DNA of 64,000 bases from Candidatus Spongiisociaceae bacterium (GTDB lineage: Bacteria; Actinomycetota; Acidimicrobiia; Spongiisociales; Spongiisociaceae), in assembly GCA_965219685.1 (NCBI GenBank), contig CBDCOH010000002.1, positions 2,112,001-2,176,000 of the forward strand, in the 5' to 3' direction. The notes below the pieces were generated by a model. It saw only the letters and a list, made by a program, of their open reading frames with translations, ran no database searches and had not been told where the DNA came from. Shown in pieces: positions 18,164 through 27,107 of the stretch. Within the stretch, counting starts at the first letter, position 1, and every line of letters begins with the position of its first letter. Both the position numbers and the translations under genes were made by a program.

Positions 18164-19021
18164 GTGAACTATGTGAAGCTGAACAAGGTTCAAATGCAGA
18201 AGAGCCCGGACCTCACCGAGCAGTGGGTGCAGAGTCGGCTCGTAGACGATCCTTCGCTCCTGGGGCTCGGCGAACTCGACGTGAGGCAAGTCGAGCGTCG
18301 TCAGCAACGGGCAGGGCGGCTTGACATGTTGCTCAGCGACCCGGACGGCGCCACCCGCTACGAAGTTGAACTACAACTGGGAGCCACCGACGAGTCCCAC
18401 ATCATCCGCACCCTCGAGTACTGGGACAACGAAAGGCGACGGTATCCCCAATACGAACATGTGGCAGTCATCGTCGCCGAGGAGATCACGAGCCGTTTCT
18501 TCAACGTGATCAGTCTCTTCAACGGCTTCATCCCGATCGTAGCCATTCAGATGACCGCCCTCCGCCTACCCGATGACCAGGTCAGCCTGGTCTTCACCAA
18601 GGTGCTTGACCTGCTCGTCCTGGGAACGGACGAAGAGGATAAGGCCGAACCAACCAATAGGTCCTACTGGGAAAACAAGTCTACGAAACAGATGATGCAG
18701 TTAGTGGATCTCCTACACTCCATGATTCAAGAACAGGATGACGGAGTCACGCTAAAATACAACAAGTATTACATCGGTCTCGCCAAGAACGATGTGGCCA
18801 ACAACTACATCTCCATGAGGCCGCAGAAGAAAAAGGTCAACCTCCACATCCGGATACCCCGCTCGGATGAAGTTACCGGGATGCTCGACGACTCAGGGTT
18901 AGACCGGCTGTCTTACGACACCAGGCACGGTAACTATCGAATAGGCATCTCAAACAGGTCGCTGATCGAGGAACACCGGCAACTATTGATCGGACTGATC
19001 AAAACTGCCAAACCCGACTGA
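18164..19021 (+). CDS. Hypothetical protein with NucS-like/PD-(D/E)XK-like N-terminal domain
   Basis: GRLDMLL...YEVELQLGATDESHIIRTLEYWD. GGAGA RBS before GTG 18164; AT-richer than neighbours; opposite strand to both flanks. Confidence 0.6.
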   Translation: MNYVKLNKVQMQKSPDLTEQWVQSRLVDDPSLLGLGELDVRQVERRQQRAGRLDMLLSDPDGATRYEVELQLGATDESHIIRTLEYWDNERRRYPQYEHVAVIVAEEITSRFFNVISLFNGFIPIVAIQMTALRLPDDQVSLVFTKVLDLLVLGTDEEDKAEPTNRSYWENKSTKQMMQLVDLLHSMIQEQDDGVTLKYNKYYIGLAKNDVANNYISMRPQKKKVNLHIRIPRSDEVTGMLDDSGLDRLSYDTRHGNYRIGISNRSLIEEHRQLLIGLIKTAKPD

Positions 19022-19056
19022 GTAGTAGTGACCGAGTATGGCTTTGAAGAGGGGTT

Positions 19057-20424
19057 TCACCGCATTCCCAGCCATTGCGACCAGTCCGGAACCCGGTCGA
19101 CGCCCGGGATCTCCACCACTTCGGCGAAGTCCGCTCCGTAGGGGATCGTGGCGTCGATACCCATCAGCGACGACCCGAACTTGCTGGGCGCGGACGGGTC
19201 GAGCTGGCCTCCGGCCGCTCTCGGGATGATGATCACGTCATCGGCCGGCTGGGAACGCGTGAGCACCGCCCACCAGACCTTGGCGGGGTCGTAGATGTCG
19301 ATGTCGTCGTCCACGACGATCACGACCTTCGGGTGGGCAACGCTGCCGAGGGCTGTCAACAGCACGTTCTTCGCCTGGTTGACGTACCGCTGCTTCATGC
19401 TGATCACCGCGAGGAACTCGGCGCCGCCCTCCGGTGCGTAGTGGACCCCGGTGATGTCCGGATAGACCTGCCTCATTGCCGTCAGGAGGTTCGCCTCCAT
19501 CGGGAGCAGCTTGAGGACGTGGTTCTCGGTCACCGGGATGCCGGTCAGGCCGGCCTGGAAGATCGGATCGGTGCGGGAGGTGATTGCGGTGCAGGTGAAC
19601 ACCGGCTCCGGTCCCCCGGGTCCCACGTAACCGGTCATCTCCCCGAACGGCCCCTCCTCGCGGCGCACGTGGGGTTCGAGGTATCCCTCGATGACCAACT
19701 CCGACGTGGCCGGAACCTCCAGATCGATCGTCCGGCACTTGACGAGTTCGACCGGCGATCCGTGGAGTCCCCCCGCGATGCCGAGCTCGTCCACGCCGAA
19801 GGGCACCCTGGCCTGGGTCGCCAGCTGGATCACCGGATCCACACCGATGGCGACCGCCACTTCCAGGCGCTGCCCGAGTTCCTCCGCATGGACCCGGATC
19901 GCGTCGAAGTCCGAGTAGGGGCTGACCGCTATGCCCATTTCGGTGGGCCCGTACAACTGCATCCGGTAGATACCGGCGTTGCGTGCCCCGCTGACCGGGT
20001 CCCTGGCGATCTCGACCCCGACGGTGATGAAGGGACCGGGGTCCTGCTTCGAGTAGGTGGGGATGGGCAGGGCGGTCAGGTCCACGTCATCGCCGGTGAC
20101 GACTACCTCGTGGCACGGACCGTCGTCGACCAGCACGGGGGGAATGGGATTCTCCAAGCCGTTGATGAACACCTCGAGCGCGTCGCCCGGCCCCGCGCAG
20201 CGGAGGGCGTGTACGGCCTTGGACGGCGAGCAGAAGACACCGGCCGCGACCCGCATGTCGCTCCCCTTGGCCTCGTCGAAGAGGAACGCCGGTCCGAGCA
20301 TGTCGGAACTCTTGCGGATGTACGCCGCTATCTCGTATAGCGGGTCGACGGGCGTGGGAACGTGTGCCAACTCGCCTCTGTCGGCCAGATAGCTCAGAAA
20401 CCCGCGCAGGTCCTTGTGCAGCAT
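19057..20424 (-). CDS. ubiD: UbiD-family prFMN-dependent decarboxylase (no. 2)
   Basis: KDLRGFL, NAGIYRMQ, ELVIEG, EEGPFGEMTGY, IVVDDDIDI, LDPS, GIDAT. Symbol denotes the family only. Confidence 0.93.
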   Translation of the reverse strand: MLHKDLRGFLSYLADRGELAHVPTPVDPLYEIAAYIRKSSDMLGPAFLFDEAKGSDMRVAAGVFCSPSKAVHALRCAGPGDALEVFINGLENPIPPVLVDDGPCHEVVVTGDDVDLTALPIPTYSKQDPGPFITVGVEIARDPVSGARNAGIYRMQLYGPTEMGIAVSPYSDFDAIRVHAEELGQRLEVAVAIGVDPVIQLATQARVPFGVDELGIAGGLHGSPVELVKCRTIDLEVPATSELVIEGYLEPHVRREEGPFGEMTGYVGPGGPEPVFTCTAITSRTDPIFQAGLTGIPVTENHVLKLLPMEANLLTAMRQVYPDITGVHYAPEGGAEFLAVISMKQRYVNQAKNVLLTALGSVAHPKVVIVVDDDIDIYDPAKVWWAVLTRSQPADDVIIIPRAAGGQLDPSAPSKFGSSLMGIDATIPYGADFAEVVEIPGVDRVPDWSQWLGMR

Positions 20425-20432
20425 GGTTCTCC

Positions 20433-20478
20433 TAGTTGTTAGTTTCTAGCTAGTTGTTAGTTGTTGGTTGTTAGTCGC
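20433..20478 (+). repeat. Heptamer repeat tract (TAGTTGT-like)
   Basis: TAGTTGT TAGTTTC TAGC TAGTTGT TAGTTGT TGGTTGT TAGTCGC, directly upstream of the UbiD RBS. Confidence 0.75.
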
Positions 20479-20552
20479 GTCGGATCGGCTGGTCTTCCGG
20501 TCTCGGCGACGCTGACCGAGTTACATGCCCGCCCGGGCTCGGAGCCACCCAT

Positions 20553-22949
20553 CTAGTGTCGCAGCCGATCCGACGCCGGCCCATTCGCCTCGGCATCGCG
20601 AATGGCTCCCCAGACCCTCGCCGGGGTCATCGGGATCTCGTTGATGCGTACGCCGTAGTCGCGGAGCGCGTCCTCCACCGCGCTCACGACTGCGCCCAGC
20701 CCGCAGCCCAGCCCGGACTCCCCCGCACCCTTCGTCCCGAGCGGGGTGAAAGGAGACGGGTTCTCCTGGTGCTCGACCATGATTCGGGGCATCTCCACTG
20801 CGGTGGGGATCGTGTAGTCCATGAGGGTGGCCGTCTGTATCTGGCCGTTCTCGTCGTAGCTGATCTGCTCGTACAGTGCGCCGCCCAGAGTCTGGGCGGT
20901 CGCCCCGTGGAGATTCGCGTCCACCAGTAGCGGGTTCACGATGGTCCCCGCGTCCTCCACCAGGTAGTAGTCGAGAACCTCGATCATCCCCGTCTCCGGG
21001 TCGACGGCCACGACGCAGGCGGCGGTGGCGCTCGGCCAGGTCGGGTAGGCGTTGAAACGTCCCTGCGTGGCCGGCTGGTGGTAGATGTTCTCGGCGCGGT
21101 AATAGCGGGTGACCTCCAGCCCCGGCTCCACGTCCTCGGTGGCCGGGCCGTACGGCCTCCTGTACATCTCGTCGGCAACGTCGGAGACAAGGACCGATCG
21201 CCGGGGAGCGCCGATGACGCTTATGCGCCCGTCGACGGCCTCCAGGTCCTCGGAGGAGACCTCCAACATGTTCGCGGCGACCGCAAGCAGGCGGGCCTTC
21301 AAGTCTGCGGCCGCGTCGCCGACCACCGAGCCACCGATGATCACGCCCCGCGAGCTGTAGTTCCCGAGACCCCAGGGACAGATGACGGTGTCACCCTGCA
21401 CGACGCGCACATCCTCGAAACGGACCCCGAGACCGTCGGCGGCGATCTGGGCGAGGGCGGTCTCGTTGCCGTTGCCCGGCGATGTAATACCGCTCAGCAC
21501 GGTGACCTCCCCGGTCGGACCCACCCGTACGGTGGCGCCGTCGTAGGCCGAGATCATCACCGAGCCGGGCATCGCGCATCCCTCCGGGGTCAGTTCGTGG
21601 CCCAGCCCGATCCCGATGCAACGGCCCTCCTCACGTGCTGAGCGCCGGCGCTCTTCGAATCCCCGGTATCCGACCAGGTCCATAGCCGCCCGGAGGGTCG
21701 CGTGGTAGTCGCCGCTCCCGATGACTCCCCCTCCCTCACGAGCGAAGGGAAACTCGTCCGCCCGGAGGAAGTTGCGCATTCGCACCTCGCCGCGGTCCAG
21801 GCCGGTCGCCCTGGCCACTTCGTCCATCACCCGCTCGAGCCAGAGATTGGCGATGTCCTTGCCGAACCCCCGGTAGGAGTTCCACGGCGTCTTGTTGGTG
21901 ACCACCGTCTTCAGCCGGACGCGGCTGTTGGGAATCCGGTAGGGACCCGGGATCAGGCCGCTGGCAGCAAAGGTCATGCCCCAACCGACCAGGCTGGTCG
22001 GTGCACCCACATCGGCGACAATCCGCACGTCCACGCCGGACACCACACCCTGTTCGTCGTAGCCGGCCCTGAGCCGCGCCGTCATCTCCCGGGCGTGACC
22101 GATGGAGATGAAGTGCTCGTCCCGCGACTCGATCCACTTGACCGACCGGCGTAGCTTGAGGGCCAGATACGCGATGAGCGGCTCCTCCTGGAAGGTAGGT
22201 TGCTTGAGGCCGAAGGCCCCGCCCACCTGGGGCTGGATCACCCTTATTCGGGACTCGGGAACTCGCAGCGTCTGGGAGAGGTAGACGCGCAGGGGATGCG
22301 GGTTCTGGGTCGAGTTCCACAGTGTGAGGGTCTCCCGTTTCCGGTCGAAGGCGGCGACCAGACCGCGCGGCTCGATGGGCACCCCCGTACCGCGATGGGC
22401 GATGACCTCGGTCTCGACCACGCCGTACGCCTCGGATAGCGCGAGCGCGGCGTCACCCACCTTGAGATCCCGCCTGACCAACACGTTGGTGCCCCAGTCC
22501 GGCTCGACGAGGGGCGCTCCGGGCTCGAGCGCCACCCGGATGTCGGTTACAGCCGGAAGGGGCTCGTATTCGACGTTGATGTGCCCGAGGGCCAGGTTGG
22601 CGGTGTGTTTGGTGTCGGCCACGACCGCGGCCACCGCCTCGCCGACGTAGCGGGCACGGTCGACGCACAACGCGCGCCACTCGACTTGGTGGGCACCGAT
22701 CGCAGCCGTGTCCCAGCCCTGCGGGATCGGATTCGTGTTCTCGGCGATCTCGCCGCCGGTGACCACGGCCACGACGCCCGGGAGGGCCTCGGCCCGCGAC
22801 GTGTCGATGGACTTTATGCGAGCATGCGCGTGCGGGCTCCGGAGCACCGCCATGAAGCACATGTCGCCACCCGGACGGACATCGTCCACGTAGGTGCCCC
22901 GACCCATGACCAGAGTCCGGTTGGTGCGACCTGGGTAGCGCTTGCCCAC
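20553..22949 (-). CDS. Xanthine dehydrogenase/CoxL-family molybdopterin large subunit (orphan no. 1)
   Basis: LRSPHAHA, GGAFGLK, SYRGFGK active-site loop, YSSRG, KGAGESG catalytic Glu. True start may be CTG at 22976. Confidence 0.92.
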   Translation of the reverse strand: MGKRYPGRTNRTLVMGRGTYVDDVRPGGDMCFMAVLRSPHAHARIKSIDTSRAEALPGVVAVVTGGEIAENTNPIPQGWDTAAIGAHQVEWRALCVDRARYVGEAVAAVVADTKHTANLALGHINVEYEPLPAVTDIRVALEPGAPLVEPDWGTNVLVRRDLKVGDAALALSEAYGVVETEVIAHRGTGVPIEPRGLVAAFDRKRETLTLWNSTQNPHPLRVYLSQTLRVPESRIRVIQPQVGGAFGLKQPTFQEEPLIAYLALKLRRSVKWIESRDEHFISIGHAREMTARLRAGYDEQGVVSGVDVRIVADVGAPTSLVGWGMTFAASGLIPGPYRIPNSRVRLKTVVTNKTPWNSYRGFGKDIANLWLERVMDEVARATGLDRGEVRMRNFLRADEFPFAREGGGVIGSGDYHATLRAAMDLVGYRGFEERRRSAREEGRCIGIGLGHELTPEGCAMPGSVMISAYDGATVRVGPTGEVTVLSGITSPGNGNETALAQIAADGLGVRFEDVRVVQGDTVICPWGLGNYSSRGVIIGGSVVGDAAADLKARLLAVAANMLEVSSEDLEAVDGRISVIGAPRRSVLVSDVADEMYRRPYGPATEDVEPGLEVTRYYRAENIYHQPATQGRFNAYPTWPSATAACVVAVDPETGMIEVLDYYLVEDAGTIVNPLLVDANLHGATAQTLGGALYEQISYDENGQIQTATLMDYTIPTAVEMPRIMVEHQENPSPFTPLGTKGAGESGLGCGLGAVVSAVEDALRDYGVRINEIPMTPARVWGAIRDAEANGPASDRLRH

Positions 22950-22972
22950 ATGAGTATCCGGCCCGCCTGCAG

Positions 22973-25411
22973 TCAGCTTCGATCCCCCTCTTCACCGCAC
23001 GATCCAGACCCTGCCTCCCTGATTCCGTTCCACACGCGTCCGGGATTGAGCGGCAACTCCTCGAACCAGACCCCGCTATCGGGAAACGCGTTCTCGATCG
23101 CGTTGCAGACAGCGCCCAGCGCGGCTCCCAGCCCCGACTCTCCCACCCCTTTCACGCCCAGCGGCGTGAAAGGGGAAGGGGTGTGCTGGTGTCGGAGGTC
23201 GAAACGCGGAAGCTCCACCGCGGTGGGAATCGTGTAGTCCATCAGGTTCGCGGTCATCAACTGACCGTTGTCGTCGTATCGCACCTGCTCGTACATTACG
23301 CTCCCCAGCCCCTGGGCTATCCCCCCGTGCATGGTGGCGTCGGCCAGCAACGGATTGATGATGTTGCCGGCATCCTCGACCATGCAGTACCGGAGGATGG
23401 TCACCCCGCCCGTCTCCGCGTCGACCTCGACAACGCAGGCGGCCACACCATTGGGCCACGTCGGGTAGACCGAGAAGCGACCGTCCCGCTCCGGTTGGTG
23501 GTAGATGTTGGGGATCCGGAAGTAGCGGGTCGCCTCGAGGCCGGGCTCGACCAGGTCGGCATGCTCCTCGAACGCATGCCAGTACACACGCTCCACCACC
23601 TCCGAGAACCCGACCGAACGGTCCGGCTCCCCATCCACCCAGATCCTCCCGTCCGCGGCGGCCAGGTTCGCCGGCTCGGTAGCCAACATCGAGGCCGCGA
23701 CGACGTGCATCCTCTCCCTCAGTTCCCTGCCCGCTTCGAAGACGGCGGATCCGCCGATGATGATGCTCCGCGAGCTGTAATTGCCCAGCCCCCAGGGGCA
23801 GGACTCGGTGTCCCCCTGGACGACACTCACGAGGTCGACCTCGCATCCGAGAGTGTCGGCAGCTATCTGGGCCAGTGCGGTCTCGTTCCCGTTGCCGGGG
23901 GAGGTGACCCCGGTGAGGACCATCACCTCGCCGGTCGGCATCACGCGCACCGTGGCGCCGTCGTACCCGTTGTTGGTGATGCTTCCCGGCATGGCCACGC
24001 CCTCGGGGGTGAGTTCCTGGCCGATACCGAGTCCGATATACCGACCCTCCGCCCTAGCGGCCGATTGCAGCTGCGGGAACTCCGCGTAGCCGATCGACTC
24101 CAGCACCGTGTCGAGTGCCTGCTCGTAGGCCCCGCTGTCGAGCATCGCGCCGGACACCTGCGGGTAGGGGAAGGCGTGGCTTGGAACGAAGTTCCGGCGG
24201 CGGACATCCGGACTCGGGACTCGTAGATGCCGCGCCACCTTCTCGACCACCCGGTCCATCAGGAAGGATGCTATGTCCTTCCCGAATCCCCGGTAGGGAG
24301 TCCAGGGGCACTTGTTGGTGACAACGCTGGTGAGGCGGACCCTGACGTTCTCGATCTCGTACACGGTGGGGAGCGAGTACATGGTCACGTACGACATTCC
24401 CCAGCCCAGATATGAAGTGGGCGCCCCCACATCGGCGATGATGTCGACTGCGAGCGCGGTGATGTTTCCGTCCGGTTCGAACCCCACGCGGTACCGGCAT
24501 TCGGTCTCCCTGGCGTGGCCCCCAACCATGAAGCTCTCGGACCGGCTCTCCAGCCAACGTACCGGCCGTCGCAGGCGGCGAGCCGCGAACGCGACGATCA
24601 CCTCCTCCTGGGAGGTGGGCTGCTTGAGGCCGAACGCGCCGCCCACGTCGGTCTGTATGACCCGTATGGACGCCTCCCGCACCCCTAGGGACGCCGCCAG
24701 GAAGGTCTGGACCTGGTGGGGTTGCTGGGTCGATTCCCAGAAGGTGAGCAGGTCTGCGATCGGGTCGTACTCGGCCACGATGCCGCGGGGTTCCAGCGGC
24801 ACGCCGGTGAGGCGCTGGGACTTGACCCTTCCGGCGGCGGTGTGTCTTGCCTGCTCCATAGCGGCGTCGAAGTCCCCCGCCTCGAAGCCGTCGGACACCA
24901 GAACGTTGTCCGCCCACGAGGGTTCCACCTTCACCGCCCCGGGACGGAGGGCCTCGCCGGCCGAACTGATCGCGTCGAGGACTTCGTACTCGACCCCTAC
25001 CCTGCCTGCGGCGGATCTGGCGATATAGGGATCGGTTGCGACCACCGCGGCTACCGCTTCACCCACATACCGGACGCGACCCTGGGCCAGGGCGTACCAG
25101 TCGACGCCCCTGGCGCCTGCCTCGGCGGTGTCCCAACCCTCCGGGATCGGCCGCGTTCCTTCCGCCACGTCGGTGGGCAGGATCACGTCGACGACGCCAT
25201 CGATGGCCAATGCCTCCGATCCGTCGACCTTCAGGATCCGAGCGTGTGCATGAGGACTGCGCACCACCGAGAGGTGATGCATATCGGCCCGCCGCAGATC
25301 ACCCACATACTCTCCGTCACCACGAGCCAGCCGCCGGTTGTTGGCGCCTATCCGGGGAGTCCCCACCGCCCTCAGCACGGGCTGTCCTACGCCGTCGCCC
25401 ATCCTGGTCAT
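22973..25411 (-). CDS. Xanthine dehydrogenase/CoxL-family molybdopterin large subunit (orphan no. 2)
   Basis: VRSPHAHA, GGAFGLK, PYRGFGK, YSSRS, KGVGESG. Clear paralogue of 20553-22949. Start at 25411 or 25402. Confidence 0.92.
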   Translation of the reverse strand: MTRMGDGVGQPVLRAVGTPRIGANNRRLARGDGEYVGDLRRADMHHLSVVRSPHAHARILKVDGSEALAIDGVVDVILPTDVAEGTRPIPEGWDTAEAGARGVDWYALAQGRVRYVGEAVAAVVATDPYIARSAAGRVGVEYEVLDAISSAGEALRPGAVKVEPSWADNVLVSDGFEAGDFDAAMEQARHTAAGRVKSQRLTGVPLEPRGIVAEYDPIADLLTFWESTQQPHQVQTFLAASLGVREASIRVIQTDVGGAFGLKQPTSQEEVIVAFAARRLRRPVRWLESRSESFMVGGHARETECRYRVGFEPDGNITALAVDIIADVGAPTSYLGWGMSYVTMYSLPTVYEIENVRVRLTSVVTNKCPWTPYRGFGKDIASFLMDRVVEKVARHLRVPSPDVRRRNFVPSHAFPYPQVSGAMLDSGAYEQALDTVLESIGYAEFPQLQSAARAEGRYIGLGIGQELTPEGVAMPGSITNNGYDGATVRVMPTGEVMVLTGVTSPGNGNETALAQIAADTLGCEVDLVSVVQGDTESCPWGLGNYSSRSIIIGGSAVFEAGRELRERMHVVAASMLATEPANLAAADGRIWVDGEPDRSVGFSEVVERVYWHAFEEHADLVEPGLEATRYFRIPNIYHQPERDGRFSVYPTWPNGVAACVVEVDAETGGVTILRYCMVEDAGNIINPLLADATMHGGIAQGLGSVMYEQVRYDDNGQLMTANLMDYTIPTAVELPRFDLRHQHTPSPFTPLGVKGVGESGLGAALGAVCNAIENAFPDSGVWFEELPLNPGRVWNGIREAGSGSCGEEGDRS

Positions 25412-25522
25412 AGGAGACGGCCGGGATCCCGGTTTGGGGGGTGTCCGCGGACCGCTCCGGCTGCCGCGACAAGCGGCCCGTGCATCGACCATGTCAAGGC
25501 CGCCAACACCTTCGGCGTCGGC

Positions 25523-25546
25523 GGGAACGTGTCAGGGAACGTGTCA
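25523..25546. repeat. 12-bp direct repeat x2 in a divergent promoter region
   Basis: GGGAACGTGTCA GGGAACGTGTCA. Confidence 0.6.
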
Positions 25547-25686
25547 GGAGCGGGCCGGCACGAACCGGAAACGAACGGCATCGACGCATCCTATCCGATT
25601 GACGGCTGCGGATCGGGCTGGCCGGTACTGCTGTGATAGGTTGCAGACGGTAGCCACGGCGCCTTCCCGGACAGAGAGAGTTGCGG

Positions 25687-26562
25687 GTGTACCCTCCGAC
25701 CTTCAAGTACTTGCCCGTGCGGTCCGTCGAGGACGCCGTCGGGTCACTGAGCCGGTATGGCTACGAGGCGAAGATCCTGGCCGGAGGCCAGAGCCTGATA
25801 CCCATGATGAAGCTCCGGCTGGCGTCCCCTTCGGTTCTCGTCGACATCTCCCGCTTGCCGGACCTGTCTGCGATCAACGACACCGGCGATGATCTCCGGG
25901 TCGGAGCGATGGTGAGCGAGTCGGACCTCGAACACTCCACGGCGGTGGCGCGCTGGGCGGCCGGCCTCGTGGATACGAGCCGGGTCATCGCCGACCCGCT
26001 GGTCCGGAACCTGGCGACCGTTGGTGGGAACGTGGCGCACGGTGACCCCGCCAACGACCATCCCGCCGCGATGGTGGCGGTATCGGCGTCGTTCGTGCTG
26101 GTCGGGACGATGGGACCTCGGACCGTCCGCGCGGAGGACTTCTTCATCGACGTGTTCACCACCGCCCTCGAACCGGACGAGATGCTCACCGAGATCCGGA
26201 TACCCAAGCAGCGGGCCGGGACCGGGAGCGCCTACGTGAAGTACGAACGCCAGGTGGGCGACTACGCGGTGGCAGGAGCCGCCGTGTGCCTCCGCTCGAA
26301 GGACGGGTCGTCGATCGAGGAGGCAAGGGTCGCCCTCACCAACCTGGGACCGATCCCGGTTCGGGCCGCCGAGGCAGAGTCCCTCCTCGTAGGAGAGGTC
26401 GTCACCGCGGAGTTGTTCGAGCGGGCCGGGATGGCGGCCTCGGTCGCCGCCGAACCCTGGTCGGATCGGCGCGGATCGGCCGAGTACCGGCGCCGGGTCG
26501 CGGCGATGGTGACCCGGGACGCTCTCCGGAAGGCTTGGGTCAGGGCAGGGAACGGCCCATGA
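25687..26562 (+). CDS. Molybdenum hydroxylase FAD-binding medium subunit (CoxM-like)
   Basis: KILAGGQSLIPMMKLRLA, VRNLATVGGNVAHGDPAND, D.RGSAEYR. Confidence 0.93.
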   Translation: MYPPTFKYLPVRSVEDAVGSLSRYGYEAKILAGGQSLIPMMKLRLASPSVLVDISRLPDLSAINDTGDDLRVGAMVSESDLEHSTAVARWAAGLVDTSRVIADPLVRNLATVGGNVAHGDPANDHPAAMVAVSASFVLVGTMGPRTVRAEDFFIDVFTTALEPDEMLTEIRIPKQRAGTGSAYVKYERQVGDYAVAGAAVCLRSKDGSSIEEARVALTNLGPIPVRAAEAESLLVGEVVTAELFERAGMAASVAAEPWSDRRGSAEYRRRVAAMVTRDALRKAWVRAGNGP

Positions 26563-27107
26563 GTGAGAACGTGGGCGGTGATCTCCGCCAGACCATATCG
26601 ATGACCGCATCGACGACCATATCGACGACCGTATCGATGACCGTGAACGGAGAACCGGTCGAATCCTCAGCCGAGACCCGCAAGCTCCTCGCGCACTTCC
26701 TCCGCGAGGACCTGAACCTGGCGGGAGTGAGGATCGGGTGCGACACGACCAGCTGCGGTGCATGCGCGGTGTTGCTCGACGGGCGCGCCGTCAAGTCCTG
26801 CACGATGTTCGCTGTCCAGGCCGGCGGCAGGACCGTGACGACCATCGAAGGCATCGGCGCGCGGGACACCCTCCACCCGGTGCAGGCGGCGTTCCACGAG
26901 GAGCATGCCCTCCAGTGCGGTTTCTGCACGTCCGGCTTTGTGATGGCGACGCTGGAACTCCTGCGGAACACTCCGGATCCGTCGGAACACGAGATCCGCG
27001 AGGGCATCTCCGGCAACCTGTGCCGCTGCACAGGCTATGCCAACATCGTGAATGCGGTCCGGGCTACGGCCGAGGTCCTGCGACAAGGCGGGGCGGGTCG
27101 AGATTGA
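26559..27107 (+). CDS. Molybdenum hydroxylase 2x[2Fe-2S] small subunit (CoxS-like)
   Basis: GCDTTSCGAC...KSC and QCGFC...GNLCRCTGY. ATGA overlap with the medium subunit. Confidence 0.95.
   Translation: MSENVGGDLRQTISMTASTTISTTVSMTVNGEPVESSAETRKLLAHFLREDLNLAGVRIGCDTTSCGACAVLLDGRAVKSCTMFAVQAGGRTVTTIEGIGARDTLHPVQAAFHEEHALQCGFCTSGFVMATLELLRNTPDPSEHEIREGISGNLCRCTGYANIVNAVRATAEVLRQGGAGRD
26592..26639 (+). repeat. 12-bp tandem repeat x4 in the small-subunit N-terminus
   Basis: ACCATATCGATG ACCGCATCGACG ACCATATCGACG ACCGTATCGATG, encoding TISM TAST TIST TVSM. Confidence 0.8.

Noticed and set aside
26738-27103. N-terminal extensions of large-subunit ORFs (also 55331-55657)
   Set aside because: They overlap the small-subunit genes in another frame; coupled starts exist at 27104 and 55330.
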